DNA of 52,739 nt from a virus (taxonomy: Duplodnaviria; Caudoviricetes). Both the position numbers and the translations under genes were made by a program. Positions 1 through 10,199 of the stretch are shown one piece after another. The stretch covers positions 1 to 52,739 of the IMG/VR virus record IMGVR_UViG_3300030104_001024, one strand, 5' to 3'. The notes beneath the pieces are model-generated. The model searched no databases. It saw only the letters and a program-made list of their open reading frames with translations, and was not told where the DNA came from. The stretch's first letter is position 1. Each line of letters opens with the position of its first letter.

Positions 1-851
1 CCAAAGCCACCAGACCCATCTGCCGCTATAGCTGCTCCAAACCCAGAGGTGCTTATTGTACCAGACGTTGTTCCAAAAAAAACATTACCACTACCATCAA
101 TCCTCATGCGTTCTGCTGTTGTACCATCTATGGCTGTTTGAAATCTTATACTACCATTTTCTGAACCGTTAGAAACATCATCTGCTACTACTTTTATTTG
201 TGCAGGAACAAAGACATTACCCCCATCATCATCAGCATAAAACTGTATTGCCGCTATTTCATCATTGTCAGCAGGAGATGCACTATCTTTTTGAAATCGT
301 AAGAAGGGTGGATTTGCATCTGCATTTGTATCTAATAAAACCAAGCCCGGTCTACTTGCTGTTGAGCTAGTTAAAGTAAGTGTTTGGTCAGACATTTTTG
401 CAAAGTCTGCTCCTGCAATCTTAAAATCTATCTGGTCATCGGTGTCTGCTGTTATTGATGTGTCAGCATCGGCATCTAATATAAGCTCTTGACCATTTAA
501 ATCTAAAGCACCTGACATCGTTGCACCTGTAGTCAGGGCATACCGTGAATCACTATCTGTTCTACTGTAAAAGTTACCAACAGAGAACACATCATACACG
601 ATTATCTCTATGACATCACTTACAGATGCACCTGTAGTTAATACAACAGATGTGCCTGATGTAGCTGTGTAGTCTGTGCCACCACCTTTTAAGAGGACTC
701 CGTTCTGAAACACATCAACAAAATTATTATCTGTATAGGTCAATGTGAGATTGCCTAAGTCAGTGCCAGTGAACGTAGTCTGTCCTGCAGTCGCTGTGTA
801 CTGATAGCGTTGTCTAACACCTGCTGATGGGCTTTTTCCTATATACGGCAT
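1..851 (-). CDS. Tail fibre / receptor-binding protein, truncated at the window edge
   Basis: Manual translation from the ATG at 851: MPYIGKSPSAGVRQRYQYTATAGQTTF...VFQNGVLL...ELILDADADTSITADTDDQIDF...ERMRIDGSG. Open to position 1; shares the MPYIG start with 1174..2157. Not in the ORF track. Confidence 0.75.
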   Translation of the reverse strand, partial: MPYIGKSPSAGVRQRYQYTATAGQTTFTGTDLGNLTLTYTDNNFVDVFQNGVLLKGGGTDYTATSGTSVVLTTGASVSDVIEIIVYDVFSVGNFYSRTDSDSRYALTTGATMSGALDLNGQELILDADADTSITADTDDQIDFKIAGADFAKMSDQTLTLTSSTASRPGLVLLDTNADANPPFLRFQKDSASPADNDEIAAIQFYADDDGGNVFVPAQIKVVADDVSNGSENGSIRFQTAIDGTTAERMRIDGSGNVFFGTTSGTISTSGFGAAIAADGSGGF

Positions 852-855
852 TTAG

Positions 856-1134
856 TTATCCTATTTTTGATGCGTCATCTCTTGCTTTACGATTCTTGTA
901 GTCACTTCGTGCAAGAACTAATTTTACAAAGTCAGCTTGGTTGCTTGGGATTGAGTCAGTAAAAGAACTGTCGTTCATCAACTTAGTTGTCCACTCAGAT
1001 TGCATTCTTTTCCAAGCGTTGTTTATTTTTCCTGTCATTGCGTCTTGCACCCATGTGTTTATATCAAGCAAGTCATTGTTTAATATAGACTGTTGAGTGT
1101 CATCGACTTCAATTGTTAGTGTAAGTTTTGCCAT
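856..1134 (-). CDS. Small tail-associated protein (possible fibre chaperone)
   Basis: ORF track; GGAGG RBS; lies between two fibre genes. Confidence 0.55.
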   Translation of the reverse strand: MAKLTLTIEVDDTQQSILNNDLLDINTWVQDAMTGKINNAWKRMQSEWTTKLMNDSSFTDSIPSNQADFVKLVLARSDYKNRKARDDASKIG

Positions 1135-1173
1135 TGTTACCTCCTTTAAGATATGTTATTTCGCATTGGCATA

Positions 1174-2157
1174 TTAGGCTACTAGAAATATTGATAAATA
1201 AGTCTCAGCATAGATATCTGTTGTATTAGTAGAGCCTTGAACAAGAACTTTTACAATAGCTGTGTCACTAGCATCCATGTCTGCTAAAACAGTAAAAGGG
1301 AACGTATCATAAACTGGAGAAGAGTCATATTTATCTGGGTCTACTGTTGTATTATAAGTTCTATTTGATGTTTGAATGGCATATTGATAATAATCAGCAC
1401 CTGTTGGCTGTCCACCTATCGTAGCTTGTACACCTATAAAATACCTTCCAGTAACAGGAGCAGTAAAAGTGTAAGTAGAATTATTAAAATCTGCATTTTG
1501 GTCAAATACTTCTGTAGCAAATGGAATAGTATATAAACTACCTGCTGAAATGTTGGATTGTAAACTAGAAACTTTTGCTTGCACAGCAGGTTGATTTTCC
1601 ATTGTAATAATCTTGTTACTATCTACCTTTATAGCTTGAGAGTTACCAATGTTAATAAAGAGACTTTGACCACTTGATGAATTTATTTGTGTCCCACCTG
1701 ATGCAGTTTGCAGTATTGCGTAATTAAGATTACTACCTGTGCTTAAATCTCTATGTTGAAAAGACGCATGGTCACTGGCTTGGATAGTATTACCAATTCT
1801 CCCCCTACCTATTACTATATTAGAGTCTTCATCATCAAATACAGAAAAAGAGGAAGACAGTTGACTGCCTACAATGCTACCTGCAGGTGCTGTTACTGTT
1901 TGTTGTGCAGAACCCAAGAACACCACATAACATGAGTCTGTACTTGCTACTGCTTCAGAGAATGTAATTGTTGTGCCAGACGCTGTGTAAGACTTACCAG
2001 AGCCTTCTTCCTGTTTTACGTTGTTGATATACACAAGAAGCTCTTTGCCGTTTGCTACGGCTCTATCAAGCGTATAGCCTGTGCTACCGTCACCTGTTAT
2101 GGTTTGTGTGGCAAACGCTTGAAACTGCGTTGCTAAATCATTTCCAATGTAAGGCAT
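1174..2157 (-). CDS. Tail fibre/spike with a C-terminal C1q-like domain
   Basis: MPYIG N-terminal module; C1q-like signature F-x-TEVFDQNADFNNSTYTFTAPVTGRYF. Confidence 0.7.
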   Translation of the reverse strand: MPYIGNDLATQFQAFATQTITGDGSTGYTLDRAVANGKELLVYINNVKQEEGSGKSYTASGTTITFSEAVASTDSCYVVFLGSAQQTVTAPAGSIVGSQLSSSFSVFDDEDSNIVIGRGRIGNTIQASDHASFQHRDLSTGSNLNYAILQTASGGTQINSSSGQSLFINIGNSQAIKVDSNKIITMENQPAVQAKVSSLQSNISAGSLYTIPFATEVFDQNADFNNSTYTFTAPVTGRYFIGVQATIGGQPTGADYYQYAIQTSNRTYNTTVDPDKYDSSPVYDTFPFTVLADMDASDTAIVKVLVQGSTNTTDIYAETYLSIFLVA

Positions 2158-2165
2158 TGTTACTC

Positions 2166-2492
2166 CTATGTACTGATTGCGTCAACAACAGATACCCAAA
2201 CATCTGCAGAACTTGCTGTGTCACTCTTAACCTTGAGTGCGTCACCACTTTGCATCACTATCTTTGCACCACCATCTAAGACTTGCAAAGAAGAGCCAAC
2301 AGGAATGGGAGCATCTTTAACAAGATGTATATCATTTGAGCCATCGTTTATGTACACTTCAACATTTATCTGTGAAGTTGCTACATTAGCTACCATGATT
2401 CCCACTATTGCATCGTCTGAGTTTGCTGTACGTAGTGTTGCTGCACTTGTTCCTACAGCGTTTGATGTGTTTCTTTCAAAATCTTGTGCCAT
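2166..2492 (-). CDS. Small beta-rich virion (tail) protein
   Basis: ORF track; tail module context. Confidence 0.55.
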   Translation of the reverse strand: MAQDFERNTSNAVGTSAATLRTANSDDAIVGIMVANVATSQINVEVYINDGSNDIHLVKDAPIPVGSSLQVLDGGAKIVMQSGDALKVKSDTASSADVWVSVVDAIST

Positions 2493-2506
2493 TTATCTTT
2501 CTCCAA

Positions 2507-4933
2507 TCATAAGGCTATTGCCATAGCTGTGGCAAAGCCCTTAGTTGCTTTTGCATCTAGCTGTGTCTGTATTGCTGATGTTACACCGTTTACATAACCT
2601 ATCTCTGTTGAGGTAGTTGTTGCTGCTGATACATCACCACTACCGTCAGATACTAATGCTCTTGATGCTGTTAAGTTTTCCATCTTGCTAAACTCTAGTG
2701 CTGCAGAAGCATTTACATCAGCATTTACTATAACACCACTGCCTATTGCAGCCGTTCCACTAGAGATGGTTATGTCACCACTTATACCACTTTCAATGTA
2801 CGTTGCCACTCTTGACATGGCAGACTTTCTGTTTGTGCCACCTGCACCGTTGTCAACAACTATTAGGTCAGCATCTACTAATGCTTCACCTATATCTGTA
2901 CCACCGTCTATCTCTAATGCACTCAGAGCTACTTTACCTGCTGTGCTTATAGTGGCAAGTTTAGTATCTGCTATAGCTGCACTAGACTTGATGTCTGCGT
3001 TTACAATATTTGTAATAGTGTTGTTGTCAGAATCTATTGACTTGTTTGTTAGTGTAGCAGTAGACGCTGTTGATACTAAGTCAACGTCACCACCTGTGCT
3101 TGGCAGTGTTAGTGTGTTAGATGCACTCTCTGAGTGTGGTGCAGCCTGTAGTGCTTGTGCGTGAGCATTGCCTGACTCACAGTAAAACTTTATCTGTGAC
3201 CTTGAACCTGAGTTCTTTAGGTCAATCAATCCTGACTCAACACCTACGTTACCATCAAGTAAAACCTGACCACTTCCCTTTGGTGTCAGCTTCAAGCTAA
3301 TATTTGTATCACCACCTGTTGCAGATATTTCAGGTGCGTTACCTGTTGCAGCATTTGTTACATCAATCTGATTGACAGCAGATGCTGTGGTCTGAAAGAT
3401 TATCTGCTCATTACCATTCTCGTCTGCAATAAAGTGAGCATCATCTATGAGTATGTTGTGACTGTTGGTGTCAAGGTTGCCACCTAACTGTGGAGATGTA
3501 TCTGCCACAACATCTGTGATACCACCAAGAGCAGAAGATATAGATGCAAGTGTTGTCTTTCTTAATGCACTAGCAGACGCATCATGTATAAGTATAACGT
3601 CATTAGATGTATCAAGAGATGTTTCAGCAGTTTGTCCTGTTATAACATTTGCATTTAGCATAGCAGTTTCAACAGCGTTGTTAGCAATTGTTACTGCACC
3701 ATTTGCTGCTATGGTTACGTCACCTGATACAGCTACAGGGTTGAAGTTAGTTCCGTCAGCAACCATAATGTGACCACTGGTGTTCGTACCCATAGTGAGA
3801 TCATCACCACTTATTGTCAAGTCACCTGCTATGGTTACAGCACCATCTGCTAGTGTAATTAAGTCTGTGTCATCTGTGTGACCAATGGTTGTTCCATTTA
3901 TTACAACGTCATCAATGTCTAGTGAGCCACCTGTAATAAGCCCTGTGGTTGTTATTGTAGATGAGCCTGTGTCTATTGTGCCAAAGCCAGAAGTAATGCT
4001 ACCACTATTTAATGCACCAACAGTTGTGGCTGCAGTGGTTACAAGGTTTGGCATTGCTGTTATTTCATCGTCAAAGTATGCAGCAAGGTCAGTTACAGCA
4101 ACCTGCTTCATTGTTCCTGCATCGTTAAACACAACTCTGTCTGCATCTGCAACTGTTGTAGAAGTAGCAGAAGTATCGCCATCCATTATGTTAAGCTCAG
4201 TGGCAGTAGCTGTAACACCGTCCAAGATATTAAGCTCTGCAGCTGTAGCAGATATTGCTGTACCGTTGAAGTCAATAGCGTCTAAGTAGGCAACACCATC
4301 TATGTATATATCTTTCCACTGCTTACTTGAAGAGCCAAGATCATGTGTGTCATCATCGTCAGGTATAATGTCAGAGTCTACTTCACCACCAAACACGATA
4401 TTGTCTGTGTTGGCATCTCCTAGTGTAAGTGTACCACCGTTGAATGTAGTTGTTCCTGTAACAGTAAGGTTGCCACCTATACCTAAGTTACCTGAAATGT
4501 CAGCGTTACCATTGATGTCTATGGTCGTTGCGGCTATCTGTACTTCTGTGTCAGCTACAATGTCTAGCTGTCCGTCTGTGCTAGAGTTAAGATATATAGC
4601 TGTGTCACGGAACTGTAGCTTCTCTGTAGACGCTACAAGTATGTCATCAGAGAACTCAAAGTAATCTTCATCTTCCATCCACTTGAGTACACCATCATTT
4701 GACTCACCATCAAAGGTTACAGTAATGTCTGTACCTGCAGTGCCATCCCCAAAGGTTAGAGATGTGCCAAGTAGTTTTGTGATAGGACCACCTTCGGCTG
4801 TAGTGCCGTCATGTGTGTGTCCTGTTGAGGCTGCAAAGGCGGCTAATAACTGATTAAACTCATCATTAGTATGGGCAGCCGTTATAACATCACCGTCACT
4901 ATACGTAGACTGTCTTGTGTATGTTGCTCCCAT
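2507..4933 (-). CDS. Long tail fibre / structural protein (808 aa)
   Basis: T/G/D/A-rich; internal repeats (SGDVTI/SGDITI, IVNADI/IVNADV); follows the tail nozzle gene. Confidence 0.7.
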   Translation of the reverse strand: MGATYTRQSTYSDGDVITAAHTNDEFNQLLAAFAASTGHTHDGTTAEGGPITKLLGTSLTFGDGTAGTDITVTFDGESNDGVLKWMEDEDYFEFSDDILVASTEKLQFRDTAIYLNSSTDGQLDIVADTEVQIAATTIDINGNADISGNLGIGGNLTVTGTTTFNGGTLTLGDANTDNIVFGGEVDSDIIPDDDDTHDLGSSSKQWKDIYIDGVAYLDAIDFNGTAISATAAELNILDGVTATATELNIMDGDTSATSTTVADADRVVFNDAGTMKQVAVTDLAAYFDDEITAMPNLVTTAATTVGALNSGSITSGFGTIDTGSSTITTTGLITGGSLDIDDVVINGTTIGHTDDTDLITLADGAVTIAGDLTISGDDLTMGTNTSGHIMVADGTNFNPVAVSGDVTIAANGAVTIANNAVETAMLNANVITGQTAETSLDTSNDVILIHDASASALRKTTLASISSALGGITDVVADTSPQLGGNLDTNSHNILIDDAHFIADENGNEQIIFQTTASAVNQIDVTNAATGNAPEISATGGDTNISLKLTPKGSGQVLLDGNVGVESGLIDLKNSGSRSQIKFYCESGNAHAQALQAAPHSESASNTLTLPSTGGDVDLVSTASTATLTNKSIDSDNNTITNIVNADIKSSAAIADTKLATISTAGKVALSALEIDGGTDIGEALVDADLIVVDNGAGGTNRKSAMSRVATYIESGISGDITISSGTAAIGSGVIVNADVNASAALEFSKMENLTASRALVSDGSGDVSAATTTSTEIGYVNGVTSAIQTQLDAKATKGFATAMAIAL

Positions 4934-6466
4934 TTATCTTCTAGCTCCTGTTTGATATTCCATTTGAAATCCCCTAAGTGCGTAAGGGGCTGTTGTTCCG
5001 TTGTCATCTACTCGTAAGGCTACTGTAAATCCTGATCCTTCTACTGACTGCCTTAACAAAGGCTCTGACTGTCCACCATATGTTGCTGTTCCGTAAACTC
5101 CTGTGCCGTATACAGCCACAATGTCACTAGCTGTAAGAGAGTAGGCTGCAGGTCTTGGTGCGTTTGGGTCTTCATAGTCGTACCTAAGAAACATATCAGC
5201 ACTAATAGAAGACTCTGGTTTGTAGCTTACGAGAACACGGTGCATATGCTTTCGTATACCCGGATCTCCAAAACTTAGGTCAGGACTTCTGTACTTACCC
5301 CCTACGGCTGTGCCATCAAAGTCATTACCTGATTCTTGTCTGTACACATATCCACCATCACCACCGTGTATAACTATTGTTTCTGTTGCTGTAGTCACAG
5401 TGTCTGTTGATGTAGGTCGTATCCCTTTTATGTTAGCAAACTCAAAAGACTGTCCTCTTAGTGAGGTGAGCACCCCCTCTGTTGTAGCTTGTAAAACACC
5501 TGACTTTGTGAAGAACACTCTGTACTGTGTTTTGTTTGGTATCACTAAAGATCTAAACCCACTAGCATTTGCTATATTAGTGTTAAACACAGACTGCACA
5601 GGAGTGCTTATAGTACCAAGTTCAACGTCACCAATTCTTGCTGTACCTGCAACGGTTCTTAGTCCGTCTGGTGCAAGAAATATTAAATCACCTGCAAATT
5701 CCTGTATTGTCTGTCCGTTTACACATCCTATGTTTCTAGTAACAGGCACTACAGCAAAGTTACTTGACGATGTTCCTGACAGTTTGAATATTCTGTCTTG
5801 GCAAAACACAAACAAATCCTCACGGAAAACTTTCAGACCTGTTATAGTGTCGTCTACTTTGAAGCTACCTGCACCACTGCCTGTTGCAAAGTTATCTTCA
5901 TCAAACGGTACGCTAAATACAACCTCTTGTTTGTTATTAGCCATACCTGCGTAAAACATATGGTCTTTAAATACGGCTACAAATTTTGCCCCTGTTACAG
6001 CAGTGCTGACTTCTCCACCACCTGCTGATGTAACATCTGTAGCTGCAAACGATGTATTAAATACTGTAGGTGCGTTATTTCCGTCTGCAACTATAAGCTT
6101 GTCATTACCATCAAAGTTAAATCTTTCAAAAGTATACACACCTGCACTTGTTCTACCTGTATCTCTCTCTGTCCAAGAACCACTTCCTGCTGTGGCTGTG
6201 TGTATCTTTGTACCCCTTGCTGCAACTATTGTACCATTAAATATACAAGAAAGCAAGACTTCTTCTGTAGATGCACTCGTTATTGGTACTATATTAGTAT
6301 TATACTTAGCAAAACCGTTTATTCTTCTGTATCCACCATTAATGTCAGGCTCAAAGTTTACAAGTTCTATTGCCTCACCGGGTTGCATAGCAAAGGTAGA
6401 TTTATTTAGAACTAAACCTCCCTGTAGTGGAAATACGGCAGGGCTTGTCTGCGATAGATCAGGCAT
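4934..6466 (-). CDS. Tail nozzle / tubular protein B-like (beta-propeller)
   Basis: 510 aa, beta-rich, with GCV...IQE..GDLIFLAPDGLR pattern; follows the adaptor gene. Confidence 0.65.
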   Translation of the reverse strand: MPDLSQTSPAVFPLQGGLVLNKSTFAMQPGEAIELVNFEPDINGGYRRINGFAKYNTNIVPITSASTEEVLLSCIFNGTIVAARGTKIHTATAGSGSWTERDTGRTSAGVYTFERFNFDGNDKLIVADGNNAPTVFNTSFAATDVTSAGGGEVSTAVTGAKFVAVFKDHMFYAGMANNKQEVVFSVPFDEDNFATGSGAGSFKVDDTITGLKVFREDLFVFCQDRIFKLSGTSSSNFAVVPVTRNIGCVNGQTIQEFAGDLIFLAPDGLRTVAGTARIGDVELGTISTPVQSVFNTNIANASGFRSLVIPNKTQYRVFFTKSGVLQATTEGVLTSLRGQSFEFANIKGIRPTSTDTVTTATETIVIHGGDGGYVYRQESGNDFDGTAVGGKYRSPDLSFGDPGIRKHMHRVLVSYKPESSISADMFLRYDYEDPNAPRPAAYSLTASDIVAVYGTGVYGTATYGGQSEPLLRQSVEGSGFTVALRVDDNGTTAPYALRGFQMEYQTGARR

Positions 6467-6467
6467 A

Positions 6468-7397
6468 TTAGTTTAATGCTCCTGAGCTAAAGTATCCTGT
6501 AGGTTGTTGTATCATTGTTGAACGCACATACTCATACTTATTTACTAATAAACTTTGCATATTTTTTATGCCTTGTTCAAATCTTTCAAAGTTAAGCTGA
6601 TACTGTGTTGTTTCTCCTCTGTACTGATAGACGTAAGCAGTAGCTCCATCTATTATTACAGGATCAAATCGTGCAGGTATCGTTGTTGTGCTGTCTTGTG
6701 CAGAGAGATCTGTCGGAAAAGCAAAGTAGTCATACTTTAATGTGTAGGCTCTGTTAGGAAAAGGGAACAAAAGAAAGTTGTTATCTAATGTTCTAACTAT
6801 AAATCTAGGTACAGAACCCTTATCAAACTGTGCTACCTGAGTGGCATTATCATGTGTAGCAGCCGTTGTACTGTTAGCACCTCTTGTGCATCCTGTTAGC
6901 GTGTTAGTGCTAATACCTGTATATGTTATTTCTTCGTTTTCTATAAAAATAGTTCCAGTGCTACTAAAGCCTGTGGAACTTGTAATGTCTATCTCTGTTT
7001 CAGTAGCATCTAATGCTTCTGCTAGTGTTGTTGTTACTATCTCGTCTTCTTGTGTTACGTTTTCTCTGTTTATATAATCATTGTACTGCAGTATAGTTAA
7101 GTTTGCACCTGATGAACCTATCGTACTATCCTTAACTATTCTAGCTGTATTGTAATCTACATGCTTTGCATCATCAGGTATACTGTATCTAACCGTTCCC
7201 GGAGATAATGTTTGTGACTTAGTAGTATGATTAAATGGATATTGAAACTCTCTTTGATTTATATATCGTATTGATTCATTGACAGCGTTTTGTGCTTGTA
7301 TCTGTATACCTCTCGCGCTAGAGAAGTTTGAAGAGGTGAGTTGCACTTCGTTTAATCTTGCTAATACACTATTTGTTAATGATAAAAAAGTTGCCAT
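6468..7397 (-). CDS. Head-tail adaptor / tail tubular protein A-like, with an inserted beta domain
   Basis: N-terminus MATFLSLTNSVLARLNE typical of podovirus adaptors; internal insert TTLAEAL...IENEEITYTG...CTRG. Confidence 0.65.
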   Translation of the reverse strand: MATFLSLTNSVLARLNEVQLTSSNFSSARGIQIQAQNAVNESIRYINQREFQYPFNHTTKSQTLSPGTVRYSIPDDAKHVDYNTARIVKDSTIGSSGANLTILQYNDYINRENVTQEDEIVTTTLAEALDATETEIDITSSTGFSSTGTIFIENEEITYTGISTNTLTGCTRGANSTTAATHDNATQVAQFDKGSVPRFIVRTLDNNFLLFPFPNRAYTLKYDYFAFPTDLSAQDSTTTIPARFDPVIIDGATAYVYQYRGETTQYQLNFERFEQGIKNMQSLLVNKYEYVRSTMIQQPTGYFSSGALN

Positions 7398-7410
7398 TCA
7401 CCCTTGTCCC

Positions 7411-7440
7411 AATAATGTAAGGGGCAAGTTGCCCTGCCCC
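7411..7440 (-). terminator. Probable intrinsic terminator after the capsid and decoration genes
   Basis: GGGGCA-GGGCAACT-TGCCCC hairpin followed by TTACATTATT on the minus strand. Confidence 0.6.
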
Positions 7441-7454
7441 AAACAATAAGTAGT

Positions 7455-7985
7455 TTAAGCTAAGAAGTCTCTATCGACTTCGGTTGCCTTGTCTACTGCA
7501 CCGTGGTCATTACAGTTAATGACTGTTGCGTAGACTCGTAACCTACCTGTAGCTGCTGCAGCCCCTGCAATCGTACAATCAATCGTATCAGCAGTGCCGA
7601 TGAATTGAGTGTAAGTTGAGGCGGCTGAACCTACTACTGTGTTGGTTTGTCCGTTAGAACCTGCAGCACAGAACCCTGTTGATGTGATGTCAGCACCATC
7701 AATGATGTCGTCACCTCCACCAAAGTCCATGTCCAAAGTACAGCTTGAAGTAAAAGCTGCCATAACTTCAGCACCTGCGTTCAACACTAACGTACCTGCA
7801 GGAATCTCAAGCATTTGAAAGACATCTCCGTTAGCAATAGTGTTACCTGCTGCTATAAGAGCGTCAATATCCAAATACTCTTGGATTGTTCGCACATGAT
7901 GCGTTCCTGCGTTTGAAGGTAGTTGTGCAATAGAGTCAGCACCAACACCAGTGGTTGATTTTGCTGTTAAGTCAAAAGTTGCCAT
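7455..7985 (-). CDS. Capsid decoration / minor capsid protein
   Basis: Immediately after the MCP with a strong GGAGG RBS; beta-sandwich-like sequence. Confidence 0.55.
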   Translation of the reverse strand: MATFDLTAKSTTGVGADSIAQLPSNAGTHHVRTIQEYLDIDALIAAGNTIANGDVFQMLEIPAGTLVLNAGAEVMAAFTSSCTLDMDFGGGDDIIDGADITSTGFCAAGSNGQTNTVVGSAASTYTQFIGTADTIDCTIAGAAAATGRLRVYATVINCNDHGAVDKATEVDRDFLA

Positions 7986-7999
7986 ATTAGTACCCTCCC

Positions 8000-9070
8000 T
8001 TACGCTGCGTTATATTTAGCAGTCACGATAGCTTCTGGTCGAAGTATCTTTCTGCCATATAAGTGCATACCACGAACAATGTCAGCAAAGCTGTCAGGGT
8101 CACGATATGTTTCAGTTTTGCTAAGTTGTTCAGCAGTCGCAACAGCAGAACCATGACCTGCAACAAGAACACCAAAGTTTGAGTTTTGGTTAGCTGTTCC
8201 AGTTGTGGCAGGACCTGTACCAACAGAAGGCAGGTTGCTAGACACGTAAAGTCTAAAGCCTGACAAGTTTGTTAGTGCAAGACCGTTTTTAAGTTCGGCT
8301 GCGTTGAAGTCAGCGTTAACTAGCTTGGAGTTTTCGTCACCTAATAGCTCCATGAATACAGGGTCAACAACTAACCATCTATCCTGAGAATCAACTTGCT
8401 GTTGGTTTAACAGTCTGCTCATTCTGTTGATAAGCACCATTGGTGTAATACCTGCTGTAGAAACTGCAGTTGCACCCGGAGCTTGTGTTTGGATAGGGAT
8501 AGAGTGATCCCCTGCTGAAGAAGTAGTAATGCTACCAAAGGAGCTTTTGATTAACTTCATTGAAGAAAGAAGTTCGTCAGATCCTGCAGTGCTTACTGCT
8601 TTTGTGCCGTTAACTTGGTCGTTTACTGCACCTGCATTTGAACTTAACGCAGACTGTTTGTAACCTGCCATGTAACCAAGAACTTCTTGGTCGTAGTTGT
8701 CAGCAAGTCTGTAAGCAGCCCTGTCAGTTGCAAGTTGCATAAAATTCACATGACTGTGAGCTTCCTCGATGTCGTCCATTTTAAAAGCGTAGTAGTTAGC
8801 TTTGTCAACGACAAGTTGGAAGTCTTCGTCATCCAAATCTTGTGCAGTTACATGTGTACCTCGTGCGTACTGTTTGACTGAAATTTCAGGCTCTTTAATA
8901 ATTCGAACTGTATCACCTTGGTTAGAAATTTCACCAAAGTAGTCAGAATTAGTAATGTCACCCACAACAGTCGATTTACGAAACGCAAGCTGTACTTGTT
9001 TCGAATAGATTATTGGCGAAAAATTACCATTAGGTAAATTGCCATAACCTGACGTTGTTTGAAATGCCAT
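8000..9070 (-). CDS. Major capsid protein
   Basis: NFSPIIYSKQV, GEISNQGDTVRI, RDPDSFADIVRGMHLYGRKILRPEA motifs; AGGAGG RBS; follows the scaffold gene. Confidence 0.9.
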   Translation of the reverse strand: MAFQTTSGYGNLPNGNFSPIIYSKQVQLAFRKSTVVGDITNSDYFGEISNQGDTVRIIKEPEISVKQYARGTHVTAQDLDDEDFQLVVDKANYYAFKMDDIEEAHSHVNFMQLATDRAAYRLADNYDQEVLGYMAGYKQSALSSNAGAVNDQVNGTKAVSTAGSDELLSSMKLIKSSFGSITTSSAGDHSIPIQTQAPGATAVSTAGITPMVLINRMSRLLNQQQVDSQDRWLVVDPVFMELLGDENSKLVNADFNAAELKNGLALTNLSGFRLYVSSNLPSVGTGPATTGTANQNSNFGVLVAGHGSAVATAEQLSKTETYRDPDSFADIVRGMHLYGRKILRPEAIVTAKYNAA

Positions 9071-9234
9071 AATAAATCCTCCTATAAAAGTTGTTATGAC
9101 GTTAATATAACAAACTTACGATTATAGAGGCTACGCTTTTTTAGAGTTGCAATAATGTTTGATTACATGATTTCAAACAGATTGGGTCTATACTTGTCGT
9201 AGGTAGTCAGACAATCTATTGTTTGTACGTGTTA

Positions 9235-9262
9235 GTTATATTTAAAAACAATGCCTTGTCAA
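9235..9262 (-). promoter_or_regulatory. Sigma70-like promoter for the capsid gene
   Basis: TTGACA-N16-TATAAC on the minus strand, giving a ~160 nt leader. Confidence 0.6.
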
Positions 9263-9269
9263 CACTTTT

Positions 9270-10166
9270 TTAGCGTGCAGCACCAGATAAATCATATACA
9301 AACTTACCTGTTCGCATTGCTTCCATTATCGCCTCTTGGTTTTTAGCGTATTCCCCATCAGACATTTTATCTACTTGAGATTCCCTCATGTAGTTATTAG
9401 ACTCGTCTGAGGTAGGTGAGGCTTTAGATTTGGTGTTAACAGCAGTTGCAGCAGATTTGTTGTTGCTTCTTTTTGTTGAAACACCTGTGTCAACTTTGTA
9501 AAGATCTATAACTCTTGCTACAGACTTTGCATCGTCAACATTTTCGTATAGAGCATCCTGAACCCACTTAGGTTGTTGGTCTGCCCACTCGTGAAATTTA
9601 TCATCTTCACGAATTTCTGTAAAGTCAGGGTGAAGCTTTATTAGCTCTGCCTCTGCCTTTTCTTTTGTTGCTTGAACTCGCATATCCTCAATGTCTTGCA
9701 TACGTTTGTCTAAATCACTAGAGCGTTCTCTAGCTTTCTTGTCTGCTATAGTTTCAACTATACCTGCAACATCAGGGTATTTTTTAGTCCATTCAGCTAT
9801 CTCTTCTTCAGTTTTTGGAAGAACTAACTCATTTTTAGTAGCTTTTGATAATTGAACTTCGAGAGCTTTAATTCTCTCATCATTCTGTTTATCTTTGTCT
9901 GCCATGTGTCTACGCAGATCACCGTATCTCTTCTTAAAAGATAACTCCTCTTTAGAAAGATCTTTACCCTCTGCTTCAACTTCCTCTCCCTCTTTAGGAG
10001 TAGATGCTTCTTTGACCTCCTGAGTAGGCTCTGTACCTTCCTCTCTGGCTTTAAGTAGCTCTTGTAGCTCTTGCTCTTCCTTTTCGATGCGTTCTTTGTT
10101 TTTACTCCTGCGAGGACTAACAAATCCTGCAACTTTTACTTGTTCTACGTTTTCTAACTCTGGCAT
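9270..10166 (-). CDS. Capsid scaffolding protein
   Basis: Acidic coiled coil (FKKRYGDLRRH, LHPDF, C-terminal AMRTGKFVYDL); directly upstream of the MCP. Confidence 0.75.
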   Translation of the reverse strand: MPELENVEQVKVAGFVSPRRSKNKERIEKEEQELQELLKAREEGTEPTQEVKEASTPKEGEEVEAEGKDLSKEELSFKKRYGDLRRHMADKDKQNDERIKALEVQLSKATKNELVLPKTEEEIAEWTKKYPDVAGIVETIADKKARERSSDLDKRMQDIEDMRVQATKEKAEAELIKLHPDFTEIREDDKFHEWADQQPKWVQDALYENVDDAKSVARVIDLYKVDTGVSTKRSNNKSAATAVNTKSKASPTSDESNNYMRESQVDKMSDGEYAKNQEAIMEAMRTGKFVYDLSGAAR

Positions 10167-10199
10167 AATATTTACTCCTTTTGTTGGGGCTGACTTTCA

